From positions 1 to 37,420 of the forward strand of contig JBGASG010000020.1 in assembly GCA_044229845.1 (NCBI GenBank): a stretch of 37,420 nt of DNA. Reading direction: 5' to 3'. This document shows, piece after piece, positions 35,112-37,420 of the stretch. The position numbers were made by a program, and so were the translations under genes. This DNA comes from Candidatus Obscuribacteraceae bacterium. Lineage in GTDB: Bacteria > Cyanobacteriota > Vampirovibrionia > Obscuribacterales > Obscuribacteraceae. The notes under the pieces were generated by a model, which was not told the origin of the DNA, did no database searches, and saw only the letters and a program-made list of their open reading frames with translations. The number at the start of each line of letters is the position of its first letter. Position 1 is the stretch's first letter.

Positions 35112-35408
35112 ATGACCGCAGAAGACGACGACACAAAGAAGAAAACAATCAAGTCTCAAATCGAGCAGCAGGAGCAGGATTCTTCGGCGAGCCGCGATGC
35201 GACTACCGCCTCACGCAAAGAACTCGATGATATCGATGCGAAGTTGCAGAGCATCCAGGACAAACTGGATGAAATCAAAGAGAAACAGGGCAGCGAGCGA
35301 GCCACTATTGCTACCAAACGCAAGCTGGATCAAAAGGTGCTCAAAGACTTCCAGGACAAGCAAGACCGCAAGAAGGTCGACGACAAGAAATCGACCGACG
35401 AAAAGTAA
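35112..35408 (+). CDS. Small highly charged coiled-coil protein, 98 aa
   Basis: K/D/E/Q-rich heptads; starts 20 bp after the preceding gene. Confidence 0.65.
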   Translation: MTAEDDDTKKKTIKSQIEQQEQDSSASRDATTASRKELDDIDAKLQSIQDKLDEIKEKQGSERATIATKRKLDQKVLKDFQDKQDRKKVDDKKSTDEK

Positions 35409-35437
35409 ACGCGGTCATCAGCGGTTGTGGCGACCTT

Positions 35438-36727
35438 TTATTGCGACGAGGAGCGATTTGTGTCGGCGAACTGACCGGCGTGGCGGTCTGGCTGCTCGAG
35501 CGCCACTTTGACGTCGTTCTGCGCGGCCATGGCGGCGGCTACTCTGGCAAAGAGTTTCTGACCACCGCTGGCGTCCAGGTGCACGGTATCGAGGTAATCA
35601 GCCACCTGGTAGGACGGATCGTCGTAGAGCGGGACATACAGTGCTCCGTGGGCGCGGCAGGCGCTGCCGACGTCGTTGTGGAACCGGGCCCAGAACTTGT
35701 CGGGCAAGAGCGCGCGGTTCATAGGTAAGCTCGGCATCCCAACGGCGACCACCTTGATATTTTCTTGTTTCATGCGCGCCAGGAAGTCGTTGAAGAATTG
35801 CTTTTCGGTTTTGTAGATCGGATGGCGCGAGTCTTTGAAGCGATTTTTGTATTCGGGAGTGTTGTCCTTCCACATCGGTGGAATGTTGGCGGGGACGAGC
35901 CACTGCCCCTGTTTCACTTCGCCCAGAGTGCCGAGAACGGCGGCCAGCGGCGTGTCGTTCTTTTTGTCTTTACCCTTGGTGTCGGTTTCCGCTTCCGGTT
36001 CGTTGGCGTTTTCCGTACCCAACCATGCTTGTGCCAGCGGATATAACTCACGCAATGTGTTTTGATTGATCTGCCAGTCGAGGGCGGCGAAGAAGTCGGT
36101 GAAGGCGGCAGCGGGACGCTCCGCCACCGGGACGAACTGGGCGAAGAAATGCCACGGCTCAGTGCCGGTCGGCGAAGGTAATGTGTTGTCCAGGAAGTCT
36201 CGCGGCGCCACTCCAACCACTACTACTTTTGGTTTGAGTCCGCTTTCGTTGAACAGCACTTTACTGATCAGATCGACGTCGGAGACCATACAGCCCGGGA
36301 TGGCGGCGTTGAAGACGCTGATGGGCTTTCGTCCGCCCAGCTGGGTTTGCAACTCGGTTTCCAGGCTGACCAATCTCTTGTGGGTGGCGGTATCGACCAC
36401 TTGTTTCGTCAGTTGTGCATCGGCGCAGGCAATTGCCGAGCCCATCTGGGAACTGCCGAACACCACCACATCTGGTGCCTGTGTCTGTTCCATGTAGCCT
36501 TTGGCGACCCAATAACTCCAGGTCTTGGTCTGTTTCTGCACCGGATGATCGACATTGGCGGGGTTGACTGCTGCCTGATCCAGATGCCGTTTTGCCGGCA
36601 CATAATTGATCACCGTGACGAAGTTGACGATGGCGAAAAGCATTGCCGCCACGACAAACGCACTTACCAGCCGACGCTTGCCGGCGCCGCCTGTAGTCGA
36701 ATCGTGAGTGTCGTAATCTGCCACCAT
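35438..36727 (-). CDS. Membrane-anchored SGNH-like protein (DUF1574/DltD-like)
   Basis: N-terminal TM; VFGSS, FNAAIPG, VGVAPRD, VGMP and YLDTVHL motifs; AGGAG SD. Confidence 0.78.
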   Translation of the reverse strand: MVADYDTHDSTTGGAGKRRLVSAFVVAAMLFAIVNFVTVINYVPAKRHLDQAAVNPANVDHPVQKQTKTWSYWVAKGYMEQTQAPDVVVFGSSQMGSAIACADAQLTKQVVDTATHKRLVSLETELQTQLGGRKPISVFNAAIPGCMVSDVDLISKVLFNESGLKPKVVVVGVAPRDFLDNTLPSPTGTEPWHFFAQFVPVAERPAAAFTDFFAALDWQINQNTLRELYPLAQAWLGTENANEPEAETDTKGKDKKNDTPLAAVLGTLGEVKQGQWLVPANIPPMWKDNTPEYKNRFKDSRHPIYKTEKQFFNDFLARMKQENIKVVAVGMPSLPMNRALLPDKFWARFHNDVGSACRAHGALYVPLYDDPSYQVADYLDTVHLDASGGQKLFARVAAAMAAQNDVKVALEQPDRHAGQFADTNRSSSQ

Positions 36728-36733
36728 CGTCTC

Positions 36734-37420
36734 CTAATAAGTATCCGGCTGAGCATCCGGATGTTTTTCGCTGTCGCTCTTGTTGTTACGCAGGTCCGCC
36801 AGCCTCACGTGCGCGTGCATGTTGACGCCGCTCATGGTCACCAATGTGCGTGTGCGCACGTCGCGGTTGATAGCCGCCACGACGTCATCGAAGAACTTCC
36901 TGCCGCCGAACGCATTCAGGTGTACTGTGTCATGAAAGTCCTGCTGGTTATACCGTTTGAAGTCCGCAATATTGAAGTAGGTGCACTTCTCGTACATGGC
37001 GAATTCGCGCAGTTTGAACATATAGTTGGCGTAGACGCCGTCCGGCAGCATGCGCGTGTTGAAGTAAGTAATCGGCATGTTGACGATGATCAATTCGATC
37101 CTTTCCTTGCGGCAATACCGAGCCAGCTTTTGCAGGAAATGGAACTGAGTTTTAAAAGTGTGTTCGTCCGGGAAGCGATACCGCTCCTGATACTCACGAG
37201 TGTTGTCGACAAAGGTGCGCTCTGCCTCGGTCATCGGTTGAGCCATGATGCCGGTGTTCTGAATTTCAGCCGGCAAGTAGTTGGGCAAAAGCTTCTGCCT
37301 GTCCCACCAGGAAAACGGAGTCGCGGACGGCGGCGTCGGCAGTATTTTGTCGAGACCGGCGGTCGCCAATTCCGTGGTGGCCAGGCGGAAATCGAGTGAT
37401 GCACCATACAAATAGACCAG
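36734..37420 (-). CDS. SGNH-like protein (DUF1574/DltD-like), C-terminal part; the start lies beyond the window
   Basis: Frame open to the window end; IVNMP and FHDTVHLNAFGG motifs match the two neighbours. Confidence 0.75.
   Translation of the reverse strand: MVYLYGASLDFRLATTELATAGLDKILPTPPSATPFSWWDRQKLLPNYLPAEIQNTGIMAQPMTEAERTFVDNTREYQERYRFPDEHTFKTQFHFLQKLARYCRKERIELIIVNMPITYFNTRMLPDGVYANYMFKLREFAMYEKCTYFNIADFKRYNQQDFHDTVHLNAFGGRKFFDDVVAAINRDVRTRTLVTMSGVNMHAHVRLADLRNNKSDSEKHPDAQPDTY

Noticed and set aside
1..37420. Mobile elements, prophage, defence systems, tRNA or rRNA
   Set aside because: No transposase, integrase, nuclease, phage or structural-RNA signature was recognised.

Overview
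Gene-dense, GC-rich bacterial chromosomal segment. Several proteins look cyanobacteria-like (SigF, PilT, ManC-PMM-like fusion) and no photosynthesis genes are present; together with the paralogous membrane Ser/Thr kinases this suggests Melainabacteria/Vampirovibrionia such as Obscuribacterales (inference, not verified). Contents in order: a kdp(Z)FABCD potassium-pump operon; two tandem membrane Ser/Thr kinases; a convergent pair of small Gly/Ala-rich paralogues, one with a 1-bp frameshift; gpsA, an Rv3032-like GT4 and a ManC/PMM-like fusion; a TPR protein and RlpA; a long Pro-rich protein; a leucine-catabolism-type cluster plus mobA; a pilT-sigF-ABC(pilH/pilI-like)-pilD cluster; a GT-C glycosyltransferase; two tandem secreted helical paralogues; a GT2 pseudogene; and three SGNH/DltD-like proteins. 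No rRNA, tRNA, CRISPR array or mobile element was seen. Highlights: an unannotated 29-aa peptide upstream of kdpF, SigB/F-type promoter motifs in front of the kinase pair, pilT and sigF (candidate SigF regulon), and the small paralogue pair under a perfect 28-bp palindrome.
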